This document shows, piece after piece, positions 40,977 to 50,442 of a DNA stretch of 64,000 bases. Under the pieces are notes generated by a model. It worked only from the letters and a program-made list of their open reading frames with translations. It was not told where the DNA came from and searched no databases. The translations under genes were made by a program, and so were the position numbers. Source of the stretch: an uncultured Acidobacteriota bacterium. Its GTDB lineage: Bacteria > Acidobacteriota > Thermoanaerobaculia > Multivoradales > UBA5704. The DNA is taken from the NCBI GenBank assembly GCA_963770895.1, contig CAVYRF010000002.1, forward strand, positions 512,001 to 576,000, in the 5' to 3' direction. Every line of letters starts with the position of its first letter. Positions within the stretch are counted from its first letter, which is position 1.

Positions 40977-41852
40977 ATGGACTCCCTCCTGGACGCGCTG
41001 CTGCTGCTGATCGTGCTGGTCGGCTGGGGAGCCCAGGCCATCGTCCCTTGGCGGCGCCTCGCGACGCTCCCCCCGCTCCCCTCACTCCTGCCGACCCCGC
41101 CGCCCGAGGCAGCCGAATCGCCGGTTCCCGCAGCGGACGCAAATCCGGCCGCTGACACCCGGTCGGCCCCAACCGCCGTCGCGCCGGCGCGGGACGCCAT
41201 GGCCGGCCGATTCCTGCGCGGCTGGCGGGTTGCCGCGGTGCCGCTCGCGGTGGCGGCGGTGGTGGCGGCCTACGCCCTGGCCGATCGCAATCCCGACGCG
41301 ACCATCGCCGCACACCTGGTGCCGCTGCGCGGCTCGCTCGCCGGCGAGCTGCTGGTGCTGCTGGCCGGCGCGCAGCTGCTGGCCGCGCTGCTCACCAGCC
41401 TGGGGAGCGAACGGCTGGACCGCACCAGCTGGCAGATCGCGACCGCGCTGGGGCTGGCGACCTGTGCCGCCGCCGCGTGGGCGGGAGAGGAGCTGCGCCT
41501 GGGAGGCGGCCCCCTCAGCTCGGGGCTCTTCATGACGCTGCTGGTCGTCTGCCGGCTGGCGCTGACCCTGGCCGCCGGCGAGCTCTTCACCCCCGGCCGA
41601 TCGCGCTGGGCGGCGCCCTGCGGCCTTGGCATGGCGGTCTACACCTTCCTGCTGCCGCACGACCTGCGCGTCGAGCTCCTGCACCAAGGCCTGCTGCTCA
41701 CCTTCGGCGCCGCCGCAGTCCTGCTGCTCGTGGCGCGCTGGCTGCCGCCCGCCCTGCGCCGGCCAGCCCTGGGCACCGGCCTGCTGCTGGCCGCGATCGC
41801 CCTCACCCAGGCCGCCCACATCTCGCAGGACCTGATGCCGCTGCGGCAGTGA
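40977..41852 (+). CDS. Hypothetical polytopic membrane protein
   Basis: 291 aa with many hydrophobic segments and host-like codon usage; no motif recognised. Confidence 0.65.
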   Translation: MDSLLDALLLLIVLVGWGAQAIVPWRRLATLPPLPSLLPTPPPEAAESPVPAADANPAADTRSAPTAVAPARDAMAGRFLRGWRVAAVPLAVAAVVAAYALADRNPDATIAAHLVPLRGSLAGELLVLLAGAQLLAALLTSLGSERLDRTSWQIATALGLATCAAAAWAGEELRLGGGPLSSGLFMTLLVVCRLALTLAAGELFTPGRSRWAAPCGLGMAVYTFLLPHDLRVELLHQGLLLTFGAAAVLLLVARWLPPALRRPALGTGLLLAAIALTQAAHISQDLMPLRQ

Positions 41853-41915
41853 ACCCGGCCGGCACCGGGCGGGCTCAGGTTTGCGGTGCCAGGTCGCCCA
41901 GATTGGGGCGCCAGC

Positions 41916-42080
41916 GGACAGGTGCGTCGAAAGGTTGCCCTTGCTCAGGCCGGTGATCCGTTGCAAAAACAGGAAGTCCGCCCGCTCGCAGGCCGAAAGC
42001 GCCACCAGGATCGCCAGCCGCGCCGGCTCATGAACCGTGCGGTCCAGGTTTGCCAGCAACTCAAAAGGCGTTTCGCTCAC
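41916..42080 (-). pseudogene. Truncated winged-helix (HTH_34/ArsR-like) regulator
   Basis: LDRTVHEPARLAILVAL...FLFLQRITGLSKGNLSTHLS matches the family N-terminus and has a good RBS. Similarity stops before the expected KLE..GY, and the frame runs antisense into the neighbouring gene. Confidence 0.7.
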
Positions 42081-42271
42081 CGCCTCACCTCCCCCGCCTC
42101 GATCGCCGCACCCGCAACGACGCCAGGCGGACCGTGGCGCGGCGCCATTCTCCGCAACGAGCTGCGCACGGACAAACCGCCCTCGTGAACGCCGAGCTCC
42201 CGAGGGCGGTTTGAAAGGAAGAGATGGAGACTCTAATCAGGTGTTGCGGCGTCTCCGTGCATCGTAGGCGC

Positions 42272-42664
42272 CTACGCCTCCTTCGTCTTGGGGGTGACGA
42301 GGTGAGCCTGCCAGGTCTTTTTGGCGTAGTCCCAGTTTGCAAGGTTTGCCGACCAGCCGCTGCCCCAGGGTTTCCCGGTCTTCCACTCACCGTTGCGCTG
42401 CACGGTCCGGAGCGTCTCGGTGACCGTGTCGTTCCCGAACAGAGTCACCGCCACGCCTTCGTCCTCCGTCGGCATCTTGCTGAACGCATAGGGCAGAGGC
42501 AGTTCCCACTTGATCACCACCTCTCCGAGCTGCTCGCTGACCGACAACCTGCCCTTGATCTCGTATGCGGGCGATCCGCACTTCCACGTGAACTCAGCCT
42601 CCACCGGGGGTACCGAGGCGATATCCACGTCCGGGCGATCGACCGTGCTCTGATTCTCACTCAT
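42272..42664 (-). CDS. Orphan hypothetical protein (130 aa, Trp-rich C-terminus)
   Basis: Strong RBS (AAAGGAG) before the ATG, balanced amino-acid composition and a locally lower-GC region. Confidence 0.72.
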   Translation of the reverse strand: MSENQSTVDRPDVDIASVPPVEAEFTWKCGSPAYEIKGRLSVSEQLGEVVIKWELPLPYAFSKMPTEDEGVAVTLFGNDTVTETLRTVQRNGEWKTGKPWGSGWSANLANWDYAKKTWQAHLVTPKTKEA

Positions 42665-42964
42665 ACCCTTCTCCTTTCGTAGGTGCGTGGCGGCGGCAAA
42701 CAGGAGAGCTACCGGGATGGCCTGCCTGGCGCCAAGGCAACAAGCTGCCGGAGTGTCGCCGCCAAAGCTCGTCCTCTTAAGTGGTGAGGCCAGGTGTGCC
42801 GGAATTGCAGAGAGCCATGAAATGGAGCGGCGCCGGCTCCCCCGCCCTGCCGTACTCGGCTTGATCTACGGCCGATGCCTGAATTCGAGCGCCGTATCGA
42901 GTCTACCGTCCACCGAACCGGGGCAACACCAGTCGGCCGGCTACGCCCGATGGGAGTTGCTTTG

Positions 42965-45679
42965 TCAACTTCCTGCGCTTTCCATCGGGAGGGAGGAGGC
43001 GAGCGGGCCCCTGCGGCGGGACTGGCGAGCGGCCAGGGCGAGAATCGCCACCGCTGCGGCAGCGGCGGCGAGGCGCAGGCCCCAGACCCAGCCGCGGGGG
43101 CGATATTCGAGGTGGACGTGGTGGGTGCCGGATGGAATGTCGAAGCCTAGAAAGCCGGCGTTGACGCGGCAGACAGGCAGGTCGTGGCCGGTGTCCACGG
43201 TTGCCTGCCAGCCGGGCGCCCAGCTGACGCTGGAAGCTACGATGCCGCCGCTTGCCGTGGCGACGTCCATGTCGAATCCATTGGCGTGCGCGCGGATGGA
43301 GCGGACGGCGCCTGTCTGTTCAATTGCCGCCCCAGGCGTCTGCGCAGGCGGCCCGCCGGCGCCCGGCCGGCTGTCGGCGCCAGCCCGTTGCCTCTCGGCA
43401 TGGTCGGCGTGCTGGACGGTGCCGGCGCCGAGTGCCGCGGCGGACCCGCGTGTGGTCGCCGGCGCGGCACCTTGCACAGTGGCGGGTTCGGCATCCGATA
43501 CTGCTGCGGGTGCGGGGGCCGGCTGGCCCACGACGGCAAGGGCGGTCAGCGGTCGGGGGCCGACGCGGACCAGGCGGTTGGCAAAGTCGCGGGTGCGCAA
43601 CGTGGCGCGCAGGGCTTGGGCGTCGTCCCGGACGTAGACGACGCGACGCGGCATGAAGAAGAGCGGCAGGGCGCCGGGGTTCTCCCATACCTTGCCGCCG
43701 ATTCCGTCGTAGACCGGCCGCCAGGGCGGCAGTGGCTGGCGGTCGTGGACCAGGAGCAGGTAGCGGATGGACAGGTAGTCCAGGCCTGGATGCGGGTCGA
43801 GCGGCCCCAGGGCCAGCTGGTCGCCGGGTTGCTGGCCGGGGCGCAACAGCTCGGCGGTGACGCGCGCCGCCGCCGCCGGGCGCATGGCATCGTTGCCGCG
43901 CGGGTCCCAAAGTCCGTACAGCGCGCCCAGGTTGGCGTGCAGGTCGCCGCCTTCGGCGGCTACTCGAAACGGGGACCCCGGTGAAGCCAACGGCCACGGG
44001 GATGCCAGCCGCGCCGGGGACTCTGACGGCTCCGGCAAACTTGGCGAACCGGGAGCTTGGCCGCTCGCAAGGTCAGGGATGGCAGAACCTGCTGCCTGCG
44101 AAGTGAGAAAGGCGACCGCGGGCGGGGGTGCCAGGTCGAGCCGCGGCGCAACCGCCGGTTGGTAGCGCACGCCGAGCAGGCAGAGCTCGATTGCCAGGCC
44201 GGCGGCGGTCACCCGGGGGAAGTGCCGGCGCAGCCGCGGCACGGCCAGGGCGCCGAGCGCCGCGAGCACGGATGCCAGGGCGGCGCCCCAGGCGGCGAGC
44301 GGCCAGGGGGTGCCGGGATTGGGCGGGAGGCAGGCGGCGCCGGCCGTGGCCGCCAGCAGGAGAAACGCCGCGGCGCCGCGGGCGCGCGGTCTGGTGGTCA
44401 GACGGTCCAGAGCAAGGCCGGCGGCCAGGGCGACCGCGACGACGAACAGCAGGCGCAGGCGGCCGGCGGAGGCGTCGCCTAGCAGGGGCACCGCACGCAC
44501 GGCTTGGTAGAAGGGAGCGATGCGCAAGGCGGCCAGCAGGGCCGCCACGCCGCCCGCCAGCAGCGCCGCGATGCGGCCGCCGCAGGCCAGGGCGCCGGCC
44601 ACGGCCAGGGCCAGGGTCGCCAGACCCGCGTAGTCGCCGCACAGCTCGTTGAAGTTGGTGTGCGGCGGCCCGGACCAGGCGCCGTCGCGAGGACTGCCCA
44701 GCGCCAACGGGCTGGCGATGGGCGCCAGGAAGCGCGGCTGGAACGGCGGCGGCTGCACCTCGTCGGGCCGCTCCGCGAGGAGCGCCAGGCGCTCGCTCTG
44801 GGGGAGCGCCTCCAGGAAAGGCAGGAGCGCCGGCGCGGCCAGGGCGGCGGTCAAGACGGTCGCCGCGCACAGCTTGCCCGCGAAGCGCGCGCGCCCGCCC
44901 GGCGGGCCGGGGCGGAGCAGCAGGGCGGCGGTGAAGGCGGCGGCCAGGAGCGCTCCCTGAGCCAGGGTTTCGGGGTTGCCGCCCAGCGCCATGGCCAAGC
45001 CGCAGGCGACCAGCGCGGTCAGGGCGCGCGGCTCGCCGCGCCGCAGCGCCAGCAGGCCCAGCAGCACGCCGGGGGTCCAGGCCGCCGTCATGGCGATCGG
45101 GTGGTACATCCAGGCGACGGCGAAGGTCGACAGCGCGAAGGCGAGCGCGGCGACCGTGGCCCCCGCCCCGCCGGCTCCCAGGGCGCGCGCCAGGGCGTGC
45201 ATCAGCAGCAGCCCGACCAGCATCTGCCAGGCGGCGGCCACAGTCAGTGCACGCTCCGGCGGCAGGGCCAGCGCCAGCAGGTGGAGCGGCGCGAAGGGCG
45301 CCGACTGCGCGTTGCCGAGCAGCGGCTGACCGGTGCCCAGCTCGGAGGCCCACAGCGGCGCCTCGCCGGCGAGCAGGCGCTGGCGCACCAGGGTGCGGAA
45401 CGGCAGCATCTGCAGGCCGATGTCCCAGACCAGGTTGTTGGCCGGCTTCACCGGAACGGCCACCGTCTCTGCCCACGGCCGCCACACGTAGGGCAGGTCG
45501 GTGCCCGCCTGCAACCGGCCGCCCAGCAGCGGCAGGGCAAAAAACGCCAGGGTCAGGGCGGCATAGGCCGCCGCCGCGCGCCAGCCGACGCGCGTCCCCC
45601 AAAGACCCCGCAGCGCCGCGACCAGCAGCGCCGCCCCGGCCAGAAACGTGCAGCAGCTCAAGGCGGCGGCCAGGCTCAT
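42965..45679 (-). CDS. YfhO-family membrane glycosyltransferase (C-terminal half of ORF 42965..47821)
   Basis: PLWASELGTGQPLLGNAQSAPFAPL, multiple TMs and C-terminal WAPGWQATVD...VNAGFLGFDIPSGTHHVHLEYRP. Internal ATG at 45679. Confidence 0.8.
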   Translation of the reverse strand: MSLAAALSCCTFLAGAALLVAALRGLWGTRVGWRAAAAYAALTLAFFALPLLGGRLQAGTDLPYVWRPWAETVAVPVKPANNLVWDIGLQMLPFRTLVRQRLLAGEAPLWASELGTGQPLLGNAQSAPFAPLHLLALALPPERALTVAAAWQMLVGLLLMHALARALGAGGAGATVAALAFALSTFAVAWMYHPIAMTAAWTPGVLLGLLALRRGEPRALTALVACGLAMALGGNPETLAQGALLAAAFTAALLLRPGPPGGRARFAGKLCAATVLTAALAAPALLPFLEALPQSERLALLAERPDEVQPPPFQPRFLAPIASPLALGSPRDGAWSGPPHTNFNELCGDYAGLATLALAVAGALACGGRIAALLAGGVAALLAALRIAPFYQAVRAVPLLGDASAGRLRLLFVVAVALAAGLALDRLTTRPRARGAAAFLLLAATAGAACLPPNPGTPWPLAAWGAALASVLAALGALAVPRLRRHFPRVTAAGLAIELCLLGVRYQPAVAPRLDLAPPPAVAFLTSQAAGSAIPDLASGQAPGSPSLPEPSESPARLASPWPLASPGSPFRVAAEGGDLHANLGALYGLWDPRGNDAMRPAAAARVTAELLRPGQQPGDQLALGPLDPHPGLDYLSIRYLLLVHDRQPLPPWRPVYDGIGGKVWENPGALPLFFMPRRVVYVRDDAQALRATLRTRDFANRLVRVGPRPLTALAVVGQPAPAPAAVSDAEPATVQGAAPATTRGSAAALGAGTVQHADHAERQRAGADSRPGAGGPPAQTPGAAIEQTGAVRSIRAHANGFDMDVATASGGIVASSVSWAPGWQATVDTGHDLPVCRVNAGFLGFDIPSGTHHVHLEYRPRGWVWGLRLAAAAAAVAILALAARQSRRRGPLASSLPMESAGS

Positions 45680-47821
45680 CGTTGCGCCGCCGCCGGGCCG
45701 CTCGCCGGCGGCGCAGGCCTCGCGGGCGGCTCCCCTGGGGAAACCGCACGCGGCCCTGGCCGGAAAACCGCCATGGCACGCGCGGCCTTGGGGATTGCCT
45801 CGCTCGCAGCGGGCACGGCTCCTGGCGGCCTCGGCTCCTGCTGAGCGGCCGGCGGGACGGAGGACGCCTTGGGGGGCCGCCGGGCGCGGCGCCGGCTGGG
45901 CGGCGTGCAGCCGGTATAGATGGAAGTTGCCGCCGGCGTAGCCCAGGTCGTCGCCGGCGGCGGCGACCGCCGCGACGGCGGGCTGCCAGCGCAGGGCGAT
46001 GGCGCGATAGCGGTCGAACGCGAACATCTCGCCGGGCGAGGAGCGCAGGATGGCCGGCACGCAGACTTCGGCGGCGGTGCCGACGGCGTAGACGCCGGGC
46101 GCCATCGGCGTGTCCGGCGCATGGCTGACGCCGGCACCCAGGTAGGCCGCGGCCTGCGGCGCGGCGATCGCGGGGTCGATGACGTAGAACGGCGCATAGC
46201 CGTGCCGGTCGACGGCCCGGCGCAGCGCGATGAGGTTCTGCAGGTAGTAGCAGTTGTCGGTCGACAGCGCGAAGCGCATGGGGTTGCGCGTGCCGAGCCA
46301 CCAGGTGTTGGTGGCAGAAACCCAGAGCGGGGCGAGCGCCAGCGCCTCGACCAGCAGCAGCGCGCACACCGCCGCCGCCGCTCGCGGCCGCCGCGCCAGC
46401 CACAGCGCCGCGGGCAGGTACAGGATCGGCAGCACCGGCAGCAGGTGGCGCAACCCGGCGTTGTAGTTCGACGTCATCGCCATCGCCAGATAGACACCCG
46501 CCGCGACCGCCAGCACGATCGAAAACCGCCGCCGCAGCGCCGCCTCCCGCTCTCGCGCCGCCACCTGCTCTATCGCCGCCTCCTGCTCTACCGCTGCCAC
46601 CTGCTCCAGCGCCGCCACCTGCTCCAGCGCCGCCTCCTGCTTCCGCTCCACCTCCTGCTCCTGCACCGCTTCCCGCTCGCGCGCCCGCCGCCGCGCTACC
46701 CACGCCGCCAGCGCCGCGGCGCTGGCCGCCAGCAGGGGCAGCGGGGTTCTGGCCAGCAGCAGCACCGGGAAGTACCACCACAGGCCCTGCGAGTGCATGC
46801 GTCCGAAGTTGCAAGTGGGATAGGTGCCGATGGCGTTTTGCGCGCCGGTCGCCAGCAGCCCCGTCATCCACTGCGCCAATCGCGGGTCGCGGCGCTCCAG
46901 CGCCAGCAGGAAGCGCTGGTAGGGCAGCATGCGGTCGCCCACCTGCATCGTCGCGTGGTTGGTGCAATAGAGCTCGATCGAGCGGCGGCCGGCGGCCGGG
47001 TCGTAGCGGCGGTTGGCGATCGCGTAGACCGCTTCGACGGCCACCCAGGCGACGGCGAGCGCCAGGCAGCCGTGCAGCAGGCGCCGCCGCCACGCCGCCC
47101 ACGCCGCGCCCGTCCCTGGCCCTGACCTCCGCCGGTGCGCGGGCGGCGCGCTCGCCGGATCGCGCGCCAGGAGCAGGGCGACGGCAAGCGCCGGCACCAC
47201 GAAGAGACCGGTGTACTTGCCGACGATGGCAAGCCCCAACCCCAGGCCCATGCCGATCGCCGGCGCCGCCGCGGGGCACCGCAGGTAGCGGTGGGCCGCC
47301 AGCAGGGCGACGGCGAAGCCCAGCGCCGGCGCCACGTCGGTGTAGATCATGCCGAGCAGCGGAAAGAAGCTGAAGTCGAGGCCGAGCAGGAGCGCCAGAA
47401 CGATGCCGGCGGGGGCGCCCCCCAGCGCCCGCCCCAGCAGGAAGGCGGCGACCACCAGCGGCAGGCCGAACAGGCACAGCACGACGGCGCGGCCGCCGAA
47501 GCGGGCGCGCCGCTCGGCGGCCGGCTGCGCGTACACCTCCTGCAGCTTTTGCAGCCCGTCGTCGACCAGCAGCGGCGGGGTGAGCGGCCTGGGCAGCGCC
47601 GCCAGCGGCAGCGCCGCCAGCATCTTGAGCAGCGGCGGGTGCTCCAGGTTGAGGCTGTTCTGGCCGTAGCGGTCTGCCTGGTAGCCGGCGAGCGCGGCGT
47701 AGGCCTCGTCGCTGGTGACCGATTGCCGGGAGATGGCCAGCCCTTGCAGGATCAGGATGCCGGCGGCGCCGGCGAGCGCGATCGCCCACCAGGTGGGCGT
47801 GATGGCAAACTTGGCCGGCAT
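45680..47821 (-). CDS. GT-C (PMT/ArnT-like, GT39/83) membrane glycosyltransferase (N-terminal half, in frame with the YfhO half)
   Basis: TSDE, NLEHPPLLK, KYTG, WWYFPVLLL and GLRHLLP motifs. Confidence 0.8.
46537..46680. repeat. In-frame 18-bp degenerate tandem repeat (about 8 units)
   Basis: Units such as CTGCTCCAGCGCCGCCAC encode EQVAAL/EQEAAI hexapeptides. Confidence 0.8.
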
Positions 47822-47828
47822 GTCTGCG

Positions 47829-48701
47829 CTACACCGGGTCGCCGTGCACGAACACCTCGGAGCGCGGGATCTCGCGCTCGATGGCGTCCAGCACGCGCAC
47901 CATCAGGGAGTGGGCGCCGACGAACGAGGTGGCGCGCGGGATCTCCAGGTGCAGCGAAATGAAGCTGCGGCCGCCGCTGCGGCGGGTCTGCAGGCCGTGC
48001 ATGCCGGCCACTTCCGGCTTGAAGGCGGCGACGGTAGCCTCGATGCGGCGCAGGTCGGCCGGCGGCAGGGCGCGGTCGGAAAGGCCGCCGCAGGCCTCCA
48101 GGATCAGGCCGGCGGCGGTGCGCAGCACATAGATCGCCACCAGCAGCGCCACCGCCGCGTCGATCGGCGCCCAGCCGGTGAAACGCACCACCACCAGCGC
48201 CGCCAGGGCCGAGCCGTTGATCCACAGGTCGGCGCGAAAATGCTTGCTGTCGGCCTTCATCGCCGGGCTGCCGGTCTGCGCCGCCGCCCGCTCCAGGCGC
48301 GGCGTCACCAGCAGGCCGAGCAGCAGCGAGGCGGCCAGCACGGCGATGCCGATGGCGGTCTGGCGCGGCACCTCCAGCGACACCAGGCGCTCGACGCCGG
48401 CGGTCACCAGGCCCGCCGCGGCACCGACCAGGAACAGCCCCTGCCCCAGCATCGCCAGGTCCTCGAACTTGCCGTGGCCGAAGGCGTGCTTTTCGTCCGG
48501 TGGCGCCGCCCCCTGGCGGCGGGCGACAAAGCTGGCGCTGTACACGAAGCAATCGATCAGCGAATCGAGCGCCGCCGAGCCCAGGGCGAGCGAACCGGTC
48601 GCCAGGGCCCCCGCCGCCTTGAACGTCACCAGCAGGGCGCTGGTGGCCGCCGGCAGCAGCGGCACCAGCCAGGGGCGGCGGCGGGCGGGAGGGGCGCTCA
48701 T
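47829..48701 (-). CDS. Cation diffusion facilitator (FieF-like)
   Basis: LDSLID, PPDEKHAFGHGKFE, ADSKHFRAD and C-terminal VHGDP motifs. Confidence 0.92.
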   Translation of the reverse strand: MSAPPARRRPWLVPLLPAATSALLVTFKAAGALATGSLALGSAALDSLIDCFVYSASFVARRQGAAPPDEKHAFGHGKFEDLAMLGQGLFLVGAAAGLVTAGVERLVSLEVPRQTAIGIAVLAASLLLGLLVTPRLERAAAQTGSPAMKADSKHFRADLWINGSALAALVVVRFTGWAPIDAAVALLVAIYVLRTAAGLILEACGGLSDRALPPADLRRIEATVAAFKPEVAGMHGLQTRRSGGRSFISLHLEIPRATSFVGAHSLMVRVLDAIEREIPRSEVFVHGDPV

Positions 48702-49618
48702 CCGGGGTATTTCGCCAGCAGCTGCCGCGCCTGCGCCGCCGCGTCTTCGTCTTCCACCAGCCGCTCCGGCAGCGGCGGCCGCGCCAGCTCGCGGCGCAGC
48801 AGCTGCCGCGCTTCGGCGGCCTGGGCCGGCTGGTACTGCAGCAGCGCATCGGCCAGGAAGACGGAGTTGAGCGGGAAGTCGGGGGCGAGCACAACGGCCC
48901 GCCGCAGCTCGGCGACGGCGGTGCCGCGGTCGATCCAGCCGGTGAAGAACGGCACCTTGGGCGCCAGGGTGTGCAGGCGGCCCAGCAGGCGATGGCCGCC
49001 GGCGCTTTCGTAGCGTTCGTCGATCGCGATCACCACCTGGGCGTAGCGGCGCACCCGGTCGCCCACCCCCTGCCGCGCCGCCGCCAGGCGGCCGAAGTTG
49101 TCGCCCCACAACGCCCAATGGATGCCTGCCCAGAGGTGGATCGCGATCGCTTCGGGGGTGCCGGCCAGCGCCTTGGCGACGGCTTGCGGCGGCATGGCGT
49201 CCAGGCGCTCGCGGCCGCCCACCCGGCGGCTGAGCAGCGTCAGGCCCGCCTCCGCCACGTCGCGCGCCGACCCGAATACCTCCTGCTTCCGCTCGCGCGT
49301 GGAAGCGGCGAACTCACCCTGGAAGTGCAGGGCGCGCAGCAGCTTCCAACAGGTTTCCAGGCGGTCCGGCTGCTCCTTCCAGGCCTGCCGATAGGCGGCG
49401 ACGGCTTCGCCGATCGGACCGGCGGCGGCGCGCCCGCTGCCGGCGGCGTGCCCCTCCGCCCGGCGATCCCAGGCGGCGTCTCCCTGCGCCAGGCCGGCGG
49501 GCGCGGTGGTGGAAGCGGCGGGCGGATCGTTGCGCGCCGGCAAGGCGGGCGCCAGGAGCAGCGGCAGCAACAGCGCAGCGGCCAGCGGCCCTGCGGATCG
49601 ACGATAGCTGGATGGCAT
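48698..49618 (-). CDS. Exported TPR-like helical protein
   Basis: Signal peptide, YESAGGHRLLGRLH..AP and helical repeats. Stop overlaps the CDF start. Confidence 0.7.
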   Translation of the reverse strand: MPSSYRRSAGPLAAALLLPLLLAPALPARNDPPAASTTAPAGLAQGDAAWDRRAEGHAAGSGRAAAGPIGEAVAAYRQAWKEQPDRLETCWKLLRALHFQGEFAASTRERKQEVFGSARDVAEAGLTLLSRRVGGRERLDAMPPQAVAKALAGTPEAIAIHLWAGIHWALWGDNFGRLAAARQGVGDRVRRYAQVVIAIDERYESAGGHRLLGRLHTLAPKVPFFTGWIDRGTAVAELRRAVVLAPDFPLNSVFLADALLQYQPAQAAEARQLLRRELARPPLPERLVEDEDAAAQARQLLAKYPG

Positions 49619-49746
49619 GGATTGAGCCTCCGTGGCCGGCCGCGCCCTCAACGGCGCGCCGCCGCCCCTCCGCGCGTGAACGCGCCGCTGGGGCGCGGGC
49701 GATGAACGCGAGCAGGAATTCTGCCATGAAGCGGTATCATCGCGGC

Positions 49747-50430
49747 ATGGCGACTGGCATCCAGGGTCCTCGTCTGCCGCTCTTCCCGCTCGCCGGCGTG
49801 GTGCATTTCCCCCATACGCAGCTCAAGATCCACGTCGCCGAGCCGGCCTGCCGGCGGCTGGTGCAGGACGTCGTCGAGCAGGACGAAGACGGCCGCCTGG
49901 TCGGCGTGGTGCTGCTCAAGCCCGGCTTTGCGCGCGACCGGCACGGCCGCCCCGAAGTCTTCGCCGGCGGCACCGCCGGCCGCCTGCTGGATGCCGAGCT
50001 GCTGCCCGACGGCTGCTCCAACATCGTGCTGCACGGCGAATACCGCTTCCAGCTGCGCTGCGAAGTCGGCCAGCTGCCCTACCGCCAGGCGGTGGTCGAT
50101 CCGGTCGAAGAGCCCTGGGTGAACGAGCGGGATCCCGGCATCGTCGCGGTCCGCTCCGGCCTGCTCGATCTGCTCGGCCAGCTGACGTCGGAGCTCGGCG
50201 ACCGCTGCCCCTGGGACCCCGATCAGATCACCGCCGTGGACCACTTCGAAGAGCTGGTCAACCGCATCGCCGCCGACCTGGACACGCCGGCGCTGCGCAA
50301 GCAGCAGCTCCTGCAGGAGTCGCTGCCCGACCGGGCGCTCTCGGTGCTGTCGATCCTGCGCAGCCGCCGCCTGGTGATCGAACGGCTCCGCCCGTTCCGC
50401 CACCTGGCCACCGACAAGCGCCTCAACTGA
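49747..50430 (+). CDS. Stand-alone LON substrate-binding (N-terminal) domain protein
   Basis: LPLFPLAGVVHFP...LPDGCSNIVLHGEYRF...KQQLL motifs. Confidence 0.85.
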   Translation: MATGIQGPRLPLFPLAGVVHFPHTQLKIHVAEPACRRLVQDVVEQDEDGRLVGVVLLKPGFARDRHGRPEVFAGGTAGRLLDAELLPDGCSNIVLHGEYRFQLRCEVGQLPYRQAVVDPVEEPWVNERDPGIVAVRSGLLDLLGQLTSELGDRCPWDPDQITAVDHFEELVNRIAADLDTPALRKQQLLQESLPDRALSVLSILRSRRLVIERLRPFRHLATDKRLN

Positions 50431-50442
50431 ACCTTTTCCGTC

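Noticed and set aside
41082-41915. 332-aa ORF as a full-length regulator fusion
   Set aside because: Beyond residue 55 it is merely antisense to the 40977..41852 membrane protein gene.
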